In this document: piece by piece, positions 1 through 9,719 of the stretch
Numbering within the stretch: the first letter of the stretch is position 1
How the letters are laid out: the number at the start of each line of letters is the position of its first letter
NCBI GenBank assembly: GCA_965200965.1
Contig: OZ241744.1
Coordinates: 704,001-768,000, forward strand
From: an uncultured Candidatus Binatia bacterium
GTDB lineage: Bacteria; Desulfobacterota; Binatia; Bin18
Length of the DNA stretch: 64,000 nucleotides
Direction: 5' to 3'
Position numbers and translations under genes: made by a program
Notes under the pieces: generated by a model
What the model saw: the letters and a program-made list of their open reading frames with translations, nothing else
Told to the model about the DNA's origin: nothing
Databases searched by the model: none

Positions 1-662
1 TCACGGTGACGAAAGACGCGAGCGATATTCTCCGGACGTATGAGCACCTGACCGGCTTGGGCTTTTTTGAGGTCGGATTTTCTCCGGTCACAGCCACCAT
101 CGGTCCCGACTACGAGTTAGCATCAGCTGATTTGCACGAGGTATTGGCCGGTTTTCGACAGCTCGGCAGCCTGTACGTTGAGCGAGCCGGGCAGGGCCGC
201 TACACCGACTTCTCTAATCTGAGCACCCTGTTGACCGATATCCATGTCGGAACCAACAAGTTTTTTCCGTGTGGGGCTGGGCTGGGTCTGCTGGATGTGG
301 ACGGCAATGGCGATGTGTATCGGTGCCACCGTTTCCCTGGCAGTGAAGAGCATACCTACGGCAACATGAAAGATGGGCTGGACTACGGCCGGCTGAATGC
401 GTTTGTCAACAAGGTCCACCTGGGCAACAAAACGGTGTGTCAGACCTGCTGGGTACGCGGGCTGTGTGGGGGCGGGTGTTATCATGAGGCCCTGACCCGG
501 TTTGGCGACGCCCTCCACCCCCACCTGCACTACTGCGACTTTCTGAGAGCCTGGACAGAGTACGGCCTCCGGGTCTATATGGAGTTGCAGCGCACCGCCC
601 CCGGCTTTGTGGAGCGCTATGTGCTGCGGGGCAGGGCAGACGCGCCCAAGGAACTGACGTGA
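1..662 (+). CDS. qhpD: Radical SAM/SPASM thioether-forming maturase of quinohemoprotein amine dehydrogenase (5'-truncated by window edge)
   Basis: SPASM motifs CGAG...YRCHRF and CxxCxxxxxCxGGC; lies directly upstream of a QhpC-like peptide. Confidence 0.9.
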   Translation, partial: TVTKDASDILRTYEHLTGLGFFEVGFSPVTATIGPDYELASADLHEVLAGFRQLGSLYVERAGQGRYTDFSNLSTLLTDIHVGTNKFFPCGAGLGLLDVDGNGDVYRCHRFPGSEEHTYGNMKDGLDYGRLNAFVNKVHLGNKTVCQTCWVRGLCGGGCYHEALTRFGDALHPHLHYCDFLRAWTEYGLRVYMELQRTAPGFVERYVLRGRADAPKELT

Positions 663-673
663 AGGAGATGCTG

Positions 674-985
674 ATGAAACATCTGAAGCCACGCAACCAC
701 AAGGCCGAACGGGCCGCTGCCCAAGCGCAGGACGACCTTGTCGGCATGAACCAGCCGGTCGGCTGCACAACGATCTTCAACCCCGGTTGGGAGCCAACCT
801 GTGGGGGGACGAGCAGTATGTGCGCCCCGGTTGAGGCCGATCTGCTGAGCTGCGCCAATGTGTGTTGGTGGCCGGCCCAGGTGCCGGATAGCTTACAGAA
901 TACCCCCGAGTGGGCCAAAGCCTGTTCGGGCTCGACCCAGGAAGACTGGAGGAGCCTGGAAGTCGTCTTTCCCAAAATCGACTGA
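674..985 (+). CDS. qhpC: Quinohemoprotein amine dehydrogenase gamma subunit precursor (CTQ peptide)
   Basis: Leader MKHLKP.N.KA; core GCTTxFxPGWE, CxPxEADL, CxxxCWWPAQVPD, DWRxL.VFP; RBS AAGGAG at 662-667. Confidence 0.95.
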   Translation: MKHLKPRNHKAERAAAQAQDDLVGMNQPVGCTTIFNPGWEPTCGGTSSMCAPVEADLLSCANVCWWPAQVPDSLQNTPEWAKACSGSTQEDWRSLEVVFPKID

Positions 986-1027
986 ACCCCGTCGGGCGAG
1001 GGCGAGCCAGTACTGAAAGGGAATCGG

Positions 1028-2104
1028 ATGCGCTTGTGTCAGGCTTTGCTGGCCTGCCTCGTGCTTGTTGGCCTGCCACACACGGCCTGGGCAAAGTGGT
1101 ATCTGCTGGCCTCGGTCCATCCCAACAACCTGGTCGTGATTGATACCGAGACCGATAGGGTAGTGCAGAATATCGGGCTGGAGGGGCGTGGCCCGGCCCT
1201 CAACATCGCGCCTAATCCCGCCCATCCGCAGTACGCCTATGTGGTGAACAATTTGTCGCAGAGCGTGGCCCTGGTTGATCTTGACGAGGGCAAACAGGTC
1301 ACGAGTTTCTGGCTCTCCAGTGATACTGAGTTGGTCCGCACAATGGCGATCGACGTCAGCGCTCAGGGTGACCGGCTGTTCGTTCACGAGAGGCCGCTGC
1401 AAAAAGACCAGGGCAGTTACGCGGCACTCGACAACCGTATCCGGGTCATTGACCTCAACACCCAGCAGACCGTGCGGACCTTTCCCGCCCCCCGCCAGGT
1501 CATGTCGCTGGCCTCGTCCAAAGACGGCGGCCGGCTGTACGTTTTCAGCGTTGGTCAGGATATCTTTGTGTACGATACCGAAACCGGGCACCAGCTTGAC
1601 CGCCTGCCTCTGCTGAATCGGAATATCACCGGGCTCGGGCGGACCGACGGCCTGCCGCTCGTCAACCCCTACCAGGAGCACGGCTATCTGGTCTCTTTTG
1701 GAACGTTTGTCACCGATACGATTACCGGACAGGTCACGCTCAGCATGGCCTCCCTGGACCTCAGTGCGGCGGATCCCGAGGTTGAGGTAGTTGAATTTCA
1801 GCCCTTCGCCCCGGAGTCCTGTGTGTTGACCGGGGCGCTGTCGCCTACGACCGGAAAAGCCTATTTTGCTTATAACCGCCTGTGGCGGGTCAACCCTCAG
1901 ACCCGTCGTATCGAAAAGAGCAGCCCACTGCCCAATGCCTATTTCACGCCGCTCATCCATCCTCAGGGCACCAAGCTCTACTGTGGTAGCAACTGGCACG
2001 ATGTGGCTGTCTTTGATGCTGAGAGCCTGGAGTTGCTCACCAAAATTGAGCTTGGTGCCACCCAGACCGGCGGGGGCCATGTGCTCCGGTTTGTGGAGCG
2101 CTAG
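1028..2104 (+). CDS. qhpB: Quinohemoprotein amine dehydrogenase beta subunit (secreted beta-propeller)
   Basis: Sec signal ending AWA; PNNLVVID start; repeated YVTN-like blades; position after qhpC. Confidence 0.85.
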   Translation: MRLCQALLACLVLVGLPHTAWAKWYLLASVHPNNLVVIDTETDRVVQNIGLEGRGPALNIAPNPAHPQYAYVVNNLSQSVALVDLDEGKQVTSFWLSSDTELVRTMAIDVSAQGDRLFVHERPLQKDQGSYAALDNRIRVIDLNTQQTVRTFPAPRQVMSLASSKDGGRLYVFSVGQDIFVYDTETGHQLDRLPLLNRNITGLGRTDGLPLVNPYQEHGYLVSFGTFVTDTITGQVTLSMASLDLSAADPEVEVVEFQPFAPESCVLTGALSPTTGKAYFAYNRLWRVNPQTRRIEKSSPLPNAYFTPLIHPQGTKLYCGSNWHDVAVFDAESLELLTKIELGATQTGGGHVLRFVER

Positions 2105-2145
2105 CCCTCGGCGTCTGGACCTTTCCTGTTGAGAAGGACGCCCCA

Positions 2146-2775
2146 GTGCAGCGCAAGGTTTCCCGTCGCGAGCTGCTCCAAAGCACCGGGGCCGCTTTTG
2201 TCTTGGCCCAGGCCGCGGCCGAGCCTCTGCCCGCGGCCTCGCCCGCCTTTGCCGCGGTTGTCAAACGCCGGGCGATGATTCGGGCCTACACGGCTGAGCC
2301 GGTTCCAGAGGAGCTCATTCAACGGCTGCTCGCCTATGCGGTGCGTGCGCCGAGCGCGGGCAATCTTCAGCCCTGGGAGTTTGTGGTTGTCCAGGACCCC
2401 GAGGTACGCGCTCAGCTGGCCGCCGCTGCCTTCGGCCAGACCTCGGTGGCAACCGCTCCGCTGATTATTGCGACCTGCGCCGACACGCAGCGCATGGGAA
2501 GACGGTATGGCCGCCGCGGGAATTTTTATAGTCTGGTCGACACCGCGTTTGCCTCCTTGCTGATTTTGCTAGGCGTTGTGGAACAGGGCTTGGGGGCCTG
2601 TTTTGTGGGTGCTTATAACCCGGTCGAAGTGGCAAGAGTGCTGGGCCTGCCCGACCGGGTGCGGCCGGTCGGGCTGATTACGATTGGCTATCCGGCCGAG
2701 CGACCCGGCAAACCGTCCACTCCAAAGCTCCCTCTCCACGCGCTCGTCCATCGCAACACTTGGCACGGACAATAG
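2146..2775 (+). CDS. Nitroreductase-family flavoprotein with twin-arginine-like leader
   Basis: RRAMIRAY, RAPSAGNLQPWEFVVV, GLGACFVG, ITIGYP; N-terminal SRRELL plus hydrophobic stretch. Confidence 0.85.
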   Translation: MQRKVSRRELLQSTGAAFVLAQAAAEPLPAASPAFAAVVKRRAMIRAYTAEPVPEELIQRLLAYAVRAPSAGNLQPWEFVVVQDPEVRAQLAAAAFGQTSVATAPLIIATCADTQRMGRRYGRRGNFYSLVDTAFASLLILLGVVEQGLGACFVGAYNPVEVARVLGLPDRVRPVGLITIGYPAERPGKPSTPKLPLHALVHRNTWHGQ

Positions 2776-2784
2776 AGGACTGCT

Positions 2785-3249
2785 ATGGCCTGCGATCTGC
2801 TCTGCAAAGGCGGTGAAGTCATTGACCCGGGCTGGCCGTTTCGGGGCAGAGCCGACATGGCGATTCACCACGGCCGGATTGCCGCGGTAGAGCCGGATAT
2901 TGCCGAGTCCGAGGCGGTGCGGGTCCGGGATGTCATCGGCGGGCTGGTGTGTCCCAGCCTGATTGATTTGCACGCCCATGTCTTTGTCAACGCCCACGTC
3001 ATGGGCAGCGAAACCGACCACCGCTGCGCGGCAAGTGGGGTGATGACGATTCTTGACGCTGGGAGTGCCGGTTCGGCGACGTTTCCGGGGCTGCGTCAGT
3101 CGGTCGCCGACCGCAGCTAGGCGGTGTACGGTGAGTTTGATTTTGTCGTTACCGACCAGAACCATATGACCGGTCGGCAGCGGTTGGCGAGCCGGCTGAC
3201 GGTCAAAGACGGACGGGTCTGGTATCAGGAGCGGTTGACCGCGCGCTGA
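2785..3249 (+). pseudogene. Metal-dependent amidohydrolase (dihydroorotase-like) remnant with internal deletion
   Basis: N-terminus with KGGEVIDP, PSLIDLHAH, GVMTILDAGSAG; TAG at 3118-3120; then in-frame family-type C-terminus (GEFDFV...LTVKDGRVW); catalytic middle missing. Confidence 0.75.
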
Positions 3250-3298
3250 AGCCACCGGGCTACGCCGCGTTGCCCAGCGCATTTGAAAGGAGGAGTCT

Positions 3299-3760
3299 AT
3301 GGCCGGCAAACATTTTGAGGAACTGCACGTCGGAGATGTCTTTCACCACCAGCCGGGACGCACAATTACTGAGACTGACAACCTGCTGTTCACGACCATG
3401 ACCATGAACCCCCAGCCCCTGCACCTCGACGCCGAGTTTTCCAAAAAGGCCGAGTTCGGCCAGCGGCTGGTCAACAGCCTGTTTACCCTCGGCCTGACCG
3501 TCGGCCTGTCGGTCGGCGATACCACCCTGGGCACGACGGTTGGCAATCTCGGCTTTGAAGAGGTCACGTTTCCCAAGCCGGTGTTCATCGGCGATACGCT
3601 GTACGCCGAGACCGAGGTAGTGGAAAAGCGTGCATCCAAGTCGCGCCCGCAGTGGGGTATTGTCATCTTTGAGCACCGGGCCACCAACCAGCGGGATGAG
3701 GTGGTTATGCGCTGCCGGCGGGCCGGTATGCTGCGCAAAAAAGAAGCTGCAGTGAACTGA
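3299..3760 (+). CDS. MaoC-family (hotdog) dehydratase
   Basis: [28 protein letters not shown] motifs. Confidence 0.9.
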   Translation: MAGKHFEELHVGDVFHHQPGRTITETDNLLFTTMTMNPQPLHLDAEFSKKAEFGQRLVNSLFTLGLTVGLSVGDTTLGTTVGNLGFEEVTFPKPVFIGDTLYAETEVVEKRASKSRPQWGIVIFEHRATNQRDEVVMRCRRAGMLRKKEAAVN

Positions 3761-3839
3761 AGAGAGTGGCGGCCGCTATCCTGTAACCTTTGGCTCCGAC
3801 GGGGAGGCGAGCTATGGCCTGCCGTCGTGAGGCACGGCC

Positions 3840-5240
3840 ATGATCGGCATCACCAGCTGTGGCTACCACATCCCCTTTTTTCGCCTCGAACGCGAGCAGA
3901 TCGGCTACGCCTGGGCGCGCCGTCCTGGCCGGGGCGAGCGGGCGGCGATCTATTTTGACGAGGACGCGCTGACGCTGGGCGTGGAAGCCGCCCAGCGCTG
4001 TCTTGAGGACAGAGGCAAGACCTGCATTGATGGGGTGTACTTTGCCTCAAGCTCGGCCCCGTTCCGCCAGCGTTCTTCGGCCAGCCTTCTGGCCGCGGCC
4101 TGCGACCTGCGGCCGGAATGCGAAACGGCCGATTTTGGTGCCAGCCTTCGCTCGGCCACTGCTGCCCTGCGCGCCGGCCTCGATGCGATTGGCAGCCGGC
4201 GTCTGTCGCAGGTCTTGATCGCCGCCGGCGAGGTTCGTGATGGACAGCCCGGCGAAGGCGCAGAAGACTGGTTTGGTGACGCCGGCAGCGCGGTCACGCT
4301 CGGCCGCGACAGCGTGATCGCCGAAATTCTTGCCACGGCCTCGCAGTCGGACGCTTTTCTGGACGAATGGCGGCGGGACAGCGATGCATTTATCCACACC
4401 CAGGCGTCGCGCTTCAGTGCTGAGCACGGCTACCAGGCCAGTGTCGTCGCCGTCGGCACCCGGCTGCTGGACTGCCTGGGGATCGGGCCACAGGACTGCA
4501 CCAAGCTGATTCTGCCCTCCCCGGACGGCCGGGCGCATATGGATGCGGCCAAACAGCTTGGCTTTCACGACGCCCAAATCCAGGACCCGCTGTTCAGCCA
4601 AGTCGGTGCCTGTGGCAGCCCCGCCCCGTTTTTGCTGCTGGCCGCGGCCCTTGAGAGCGCCAGGGCCGGAGACCATCTCGTAGTGCTCGGCTATGGCGAC
4701 GGGGCCGACGGTTTTGTGCTGCGGGTAACTGACGCGATCAAGACCCATTCTGTGGCCCAGTCCCTCTCCGACCACCTGAGCGAAAAGCGCCTGTACCCCT
4801 CCTACCAGCTCTTCAAAAAGATGCGGACGTATTACGCCGAACACGCCGACGGCCCCGATCTGTCGAATGTCTTTCTGGCCAAAGAGGACCGCCAGAATAT
4901 CCGTCTGTACGGCTCGCAGTGCCCACGCTGCGGGACCCGACAGTATCCTCTCGCCCGCGTCTGCATCGCCTGCCACAACCACGACTCGCTGCAAGAAGTT
5001 CCCCTGGCCCGCAGCGGGCAGGTCTTTACCTTCACCCGCGACCATCTGTACCAGGCCGCCGACTCTCCGACGATCATGAGCGTGGTTGATCTCGATGGGG
5101 GCGGTCGGCTCTACCTCCAGATGACCGATGTTGACCCCGAGGAGGTGCGGGTCGGGGATAGCGTCGTACTCAGCCTGCGCCGGCGCAAAGAAGGCCCGAC
5201 CATGCACCACTACTATTGGAAGTGCCGGCCGCCGCGCTGA
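3840..5240 (+). CDS. HMG-CoA-synthase-like domain fused to DUF35 Zn-ribbon/OB-fold
   Basis: DEDALTL and GYGDGA thiolase-fold motifs; C-terminal CPRCG..C..C and OB-fold ending YYWKC.P. Confidence 0.85.
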   Translation: MIGITSCGYHIPFFRLEREQIGYAWARRPGRGERAAIYFDEDALTLGVEAAQRCLEDRGKTCIDGVYFASSSAPFRQRSSASLLAAACDLRPECETADFGASLRSATAALRAGLDAIGSRRLSQVLIAAGEVRDGQPGEGAEDWFGDAGSAVTLGRDSVIAEILATASQSDAFLDEWRRDSDAFIHTQASRFSAEHGYQASVVAVGTRLLDCLGIGPQDCTKLILPSPDGRAHMDAAKQLGFHDAQIQDPLFSQVGACGSPAPFLLLAAALESARAGDHLVVLGYGDGADGFVLRVTDAIKTHSVAQSLSDHLSEKRLYPSYQLFKKMRTYYAEHADGPDLSNVFLAKEDRQNIRLYGSQCPRCGTRQYPLARVCIACHNHDSLQEVPLARSGQVFTFTRDHLYQAADSPTIMSVVDLDGGGRLYLQMTDVDPEEVRVGDSVVLSLRRRKEGPTMHHYYWKCRPPR

Positions 5241-5259
5241 GTTTTGGGACAGGGACGGG

Positions 5260-6567
5260 ATGACCGAGAGGAAGCCCCACGCCGGCCGGTGGATGCGGTC
5301 GGCCTTGGCTGCACCGTGGGCTATGGCGTCCTCGCTGTGCTGGTGCGCCAAGCCGGCGATCCCGATCTGTCTGTCTTCTTCGCACTGGTTGTCTGGACCG
5401 GCTTGCCGGTGTTCGGCCTCTACCTGTCCTGCTGCCGGCGCGGGTAGGCGTTTCCGGTCGGCCGGCTGCTCTTCTGGGCGGCGGCGTTCAGGATATGCAG
5501 GCTGCTCGGAGGTCCCTTCTTTGAGGACGACTTCTACCGCTACCTGTGGGACGGCTACCGCTTTGCCACAGCCGGACACCGTATAGGGCCGTGCTGGCAG
5601 AGTTTTTTGTTGACCCCGAGGTTCCGGCGAACTTTTACGGTGTGCTGGACCGGATCAATCATCCTGAGCTGCCGACCATATACGGCCCGACAACACAGGG
5701 TGTCTTTCTGCTGGGCTACTGGCTGCGGCCGGGGAGTATTGTCGCCTTGCAGACCCTCCTGACCCTGGTGGACTTTGCGACCATCGGGCTGCTGCTGAGC
5801 CTAGCCTCGGCTGGGCAGGTCATGCTGCGCTTGGTGTCCGCTGGTGGTCAAGGAAGTCGCCTTCACCGCCCACCCGGACGGCCTTGGCGGGTGTCTGGTA
5901 CTGGCCGCGCTGGCGCTGGCCCGATCCCGGCGCTGGGCGGGTACCGTGGCCTGCCTGGGACTGGCCGTGGGCGCAAAGTATACTCGCCCTGGTCGTGGCA
6001 CCGCTGGTGCTGATCAGGGCCAGTCTCCGCCCACTGGCTGCTGTTTGTGGCCACGCTGGCCGCGGTCTATGCGCCCTTTGTCCTGACCGGCGCAACAGAC
6101 TTTGCCTCCCTGCTGGTCTTCGCCCGGGAGTGGGAGTTCAATTCGGCCGTCTTTGAGTCCTGCCGAGTGGTGAGGCCCGGCTGCTGCTGGGTCTGGCCTG
6201 CGCCGTGTTCGGGGGCTGGTACGCTGTGCGCTACTGGGCCGACTGCCGCGGCCTGCCACGCGGGGACTGGCTGTACGGCCTGCTGCTGGCGCTGTCACCG
6301 GTCATCAATCCGTGGTATCTGCTGTGGCTGCTGCCCTTTGCCGCGCTGTTTCCGAGCGCGTGGGCGTGGACCGCGGCCACCACCGCCTTCATCGCCTATG
6401 TCACCGGGCTTAACCTGGACGACCACAGTCTGCAAGCCTACCAGCAGCCGGCCTGGGTGCGGCCGCTGGAGTTCGGCCCGATCCTGCTGGCCCTGGTCTG
6501 GCCGGTGCTGAGGCGTGGCACGGCCCACCGCGTCAGCGAGAGTATCGCCGGCCGGCTTGGTCATTGA
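5260..6567 (+). pseudogene. Frameshifted GT87/DUF2029-like membrane glycosyltransferase
   Basis: Motifs EDDFYRYLWDG, INHPELPTIYGP, KEVAFTAHPD, WEFNS, SPVINPWYLLW spread over several frames; internal TAG at 5445-5447. Confidence 0.8.
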
Positions 6568-6618
6568 CGCTTGGCCGACGCTTGACCTCCCCCGTCCCCT
6601 CATCTATGGACAGGGCAT

Positions 6619-7461
6619 ATGCCGCCAATCCACCTGACGCGCTCCTGGCTTCTGTCGGCTCTGCTCGGCCTGGTGCTGACGGCCGCCACCGCCACCGCCG
6701 CGCCCAACTCGGCAATGCTGCCGGGCTGGGACGCGAGCGTTGAGAGCAACGCCGAACAGATCGATCACAGCGCATGGCAGCGCCTCCTGGATGTTTACCT
6801 CAAAACCCACCCCTCGGGCATCAATCGCTTTGACTATGCTGCGCTCAAGGCTGATGCAAAAGACACCGCCAGGCTGGCCGGCTATCTCACCGCTCTGCAA
6901 GCGCTTGACCCCAGGCACTATGCCCGGGCCGAGCAGAAGGCATACTGGCTCAACTTCTATAATGCGCTGACTGTGCAGATCGTGGTGGACGCCTATCCGG
7001 TGGACTCCATCCGCAACATTCACCAGGGCTGGTTGCCCCTCAGCGGCCCCTGGGACGATGTGCATACCAAGGTTGCCGGTCAGCCCCTGACCCTGAACAA
7101 CATTGAGCATGGCATCCTGCGGCCTATCTGGCGGGACAAGCGGATCCATTATGCGGTCAACTGCGCCAGCTATGGCTGCCCGAATCTGTCTGCTACGGTG
7201 TTTACTGCGGCCAATACTGAGACGCTGCTTGAGGCCGCGGCCGGTACCTACGTCAACCATCCCCGGGGCGTGGCCTTTGTGGACGACGATTTCCTGGTGC
7301 TCTCGAGCATCTACGACTGGTATGTTGAGGACTTCGGCAACAGCGAAACGGCCGTGCTGGCCCACCTCGCACAGTATGCCGAGCCGGGGCTTGCCGCCCG
7401 TCTCAAGAGCTTTGCCGGGTCAATAGACTACGCATACGACTGGCGCTTGAACCAGCCCTGA
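6619..7461 (+). CDS. Secreted DUF547 protein
   Basis: Signal peptide; AYWLNFYNA, LNNIEHGILR, RIHYAVNCASYGCP, YDWRLN. Confidence 0.9.
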   Translation: MPPIHLTRSWLLSALLGLVLTAATATAAPNSAMLPGWDASVESNAEQIDHSAWQRLLDVYLKTHPSGINRFDYAALKADAKDTARLAGYLTALQALDPRHYARAEQKAYWLNFYNALTVQIVVDAYPVDSIRNIHQGWLPLSGPWDDVHTKVAGQPLTLNNIEHGILRPIWRDKRIHYAVNCASYGCPNLSATVFTAANTETLLEAAAGTYVNHPRGVAFVDDDFLVLSSIYDWYVEDFGNSETAVLAHLAQYAEPGLAARLKSFAGSIDYAYDWRLNQP

Positions 7462-7476
7462 GACACTTGGCGCGGC

Positions 7477-9609
7477 CTAGCGGCGCAGGCGGTGGAAGGT
7501 CTCCACCCAGTCAAGCAGCCCTACGGGGGCGTGCTTCCTGCGCCAAGTGCCGGCCGCGTATTTGTTGGCTTCGCTCAGCGTCGGGTAGATGTGGATTGTG
7601 CTGAGGAGCTTCTTCAGCCCCAGCCCCCACTTCATGGCCAGGATGAACTCGGCCATCAGCTCGCCGGCGTGGTGGCCGACGATGGTCACGCCGAGAATCC
7701 GGTCCTTGCCCGGGGGCGTCAACACCTTGATAAACCCCCGGCCTTCCTCGTCAGCCAGGGCGCGGTCAAGGTCGTCAAGGCCGTAGCGCGTTACCTCAAC
7801 CGGCGTACCCTGCCGGGCGGCCTCCTGTTCGTTCAGGCCGACACGCGCCACCTCGGGGTCGGTGAAGGTAGTCCAGGGGATGACCGAATAGTCGGCCTTG
7901 AACTGCCGGAAGGGGCTGAACAAGGCGTTTACCGTGGCGTACCAGGCCTCGTGGGAGGCGGTATGGGTAAACTGGTAGGGGGCGATCACGTCACCGCAGG
8001 CGTAGATGGTGGGGATGCTGGTCCGCAGGGAGTCGTCTACCTCAACGGCTCCCCGCCCATCCAGGGCAAGGCCGAGCGCTTCGAGGCCGAGGCCGTTGGT
8101 CGTCGGTCGGCGTCCTAGCGCGACCAGAATGGCGTCAAACGGCAGGCGTGTTTGCTGTCCGTTGCGCTCGCAGACCAGCCGCTTGTGGCCGTTGGTGGTC
8201 TCGACCCGCAGGGCGGTGTGGCTGGTGAGCAGACGAATGCCTTCGGCGGCAAAGCGGTCCTGCACAAAGGCGCTGGCGTCGGCGTCTTCCCGCATCAGCA
8301 GATGGGGGTTGCGCTCCACCAGTGTTACCGCCGCCCCAAAGCGGGAGAAGGCCTGGGCCAACTCGCAGCCAATGGGACCGCCGCCGAGAACGACGAGGCG
8401 GCGCGGCAAGGCGCGCACCGCCCAGATTGTGTCCGAGGTAAAATAGCCGGCTGCCTCAAGGCCCGGGATGGGCGGCACGAACGGCGCGCCGCCCGTAGCG
8501 ATGATGATGGCGCGGGTGGTGATGTCCCGGTTGTTCACCCGGACGCAGTAGGGCGAAACAATCCTGGCCTCGCCCCTGACACACTCCACCCCCAGGCCGG
8601 TATAGCGCTCGCTGGAATCCTTGGGCGCGATGGTGGTGATGATCCGCTGGACCCGCTCCATGACATCGGTGAAGTTGAACTCCACGCTGGCCTTCCTGAA
8701 ACCGTATTCCCTGGCTCTGGCCATATAGCCCAGCATCTTTGCCGAGCGCAGCAGGGTCTTGCTGGGCACGCAGCCGGTATTCAGGCAGTCGCCGCCCATG
8801 CGGTGTCGCTCAACCAGCGTCACCTTGGCCTTGAGAGTGGCGGCGATGAGGGCGCAAACCAGGCCGCCGGAGCCGGCCCCGATCACAACGAGGTTGGCGT
8901 CGAAATGTCTGGGTTTCTTGAAGCGGCGCAAGACCGTGCGGGCCTTGGTGGCCTCCAGGGTTTTTTTGGCGAGCAGCGGAAACAGGCCGACGAGGGCGAA
9001 CGAGGCGAGCAGCGCCGGCGAGAGGATGCCGGCCAGGGAAGTAATCTGGCTCAACTGCGCACCAGCGTTGACGTAGACGACCGTGCCGGCCAACATGCCG
9101 ACCTGGCTGACCCAGTAAAAGGTCCAGGTGGACAGCGGCGTGACCGACATGGCCAAGTTGATGGCGAAGAAGGGGAAGGCCGGAACAAGCCGCAGGGCGA
9201 ACAGGTAGAAGGCCCCGTCTTTTTCCATGCCGCGGTTAATGGCGGCCAGTTGACGGACAAACCGGGAGCGCACCGTGTCGCCCAACACCGATCGGGCGAT
9301 GGAGAAGGCCAGGGTCGCGCCCAGAGAACTGGCGAAGGACACCAGGACCACGCCCGGCAGCAAGCCGAAGAGCGCCCCGGCGACCAGGGTCAGCAGGGCC
9401 GCACCAGGCAGCGACAGCCCGGTGACCGCAACATACAGGACGAAGAACGCCCCCGCGGTGGTCAGGGGGGCGCGGGCCTGGAAGGCGGTAATCGCGTCCC
9501 GCTGGGCGGTGAAGTACTCAATGGTCAGAAACTGCCGGAGGTCAAGGCCAAAGAACAGGCCGATGATCAGGGCGAGTACGATCAGCACGATGATGCGTCT
9601 GGCTTTCAT
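7477..9609 (-). CDS. TVP38/SNARE-associated (VTT) membrane domain fused to class-I pyridine nucleotide-disulfide oxidoreductase
   Basis: N-terminal TM domain (LRLVPAFPF); GAGSGG, GGDCLNTGCVPSK, GGGPIG, HIYPTLSE. Confidence 0.9.
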   Translation of the reverse strand: MKARRIIVLIVLALIIGLFFGLDLRQFLTIEYFTAQRDAITAFQARAPLTTAGAFFVLYVAVTGLSLPGAALLTLVAGALFGLLPGVVLVSFASSLGATLAFSIARSVLGDTVRSRFVRQLAAINRGMEKDGAFYLFALRLVPAFPFFAINLAMSVTPLSTWTFYWVSQVGMLAGTVVYVNAGAQLSQITSLAGILSPALLASFALVGLFPLLAKKTLEATKARTVLRRFKKPRHFDANLVVIGAGSGGLVCALIAATLKAKVTLVERHRMGGDCLNTGCVPSKTLLRSAKMLGYMARAREYGFRKASVEFNFTDVMERVQRIITTIAPKDSSERYTGLGVECVRGEARIVSPYCVRVNNRDITTRAIIIATGGAPFVPPIPGLEAAGYFTSDTIWAVRALPRRLVVLGGGPIGCELAQAFSRFGAAVTLVERNPHLLMREDADASAFVQDRFAAEGIRLLTSHTALRVETTNGHKRLVCERNGQQTRLPFDAILVALGRRPTTNGLGLEALGLALDGRGAVEVDDSLRTSIPTIYACGDVIAPYQFTHTASHEAWYATVNALFSPFRQFKADYSVIPWTTFTDPEVARVGLNEQEAARQGTPVEVTRYGLDDLDRALADEEGRGFIKVLTPPGKDRILGVTIVGHHAGELMAEFILAMKWGLGLKKLLSTIHIYPTLSEANKYAAGTWRRKHAPVGLLDWVETFHRLRR

Positions 9610-9719
9610 GCCAAATTGGGAGAGCCGCACGCGGCAGACAGGGCGAAGCGGAAGCCGGGCATGGATGTTGGGTGTGAAGGGCCGGAGTGACACGGCTGGC
9701 CGGCCCGGTGGGAGGAGGC

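Noticed and set aside
3118-3120. In-frame TAG as pyrrolysine or readthrough
   Set aside because: Readthrough would still lack most of the catalytic barrel; a deletion pseudogene is simpler and no pyl genes are seen
7477-9609. Mercuric reductase MerA
   Set aside because: No C-terminal Cys-Cys pair, no NmerA domain and no mer genes; it is the VTT-fused reductase family
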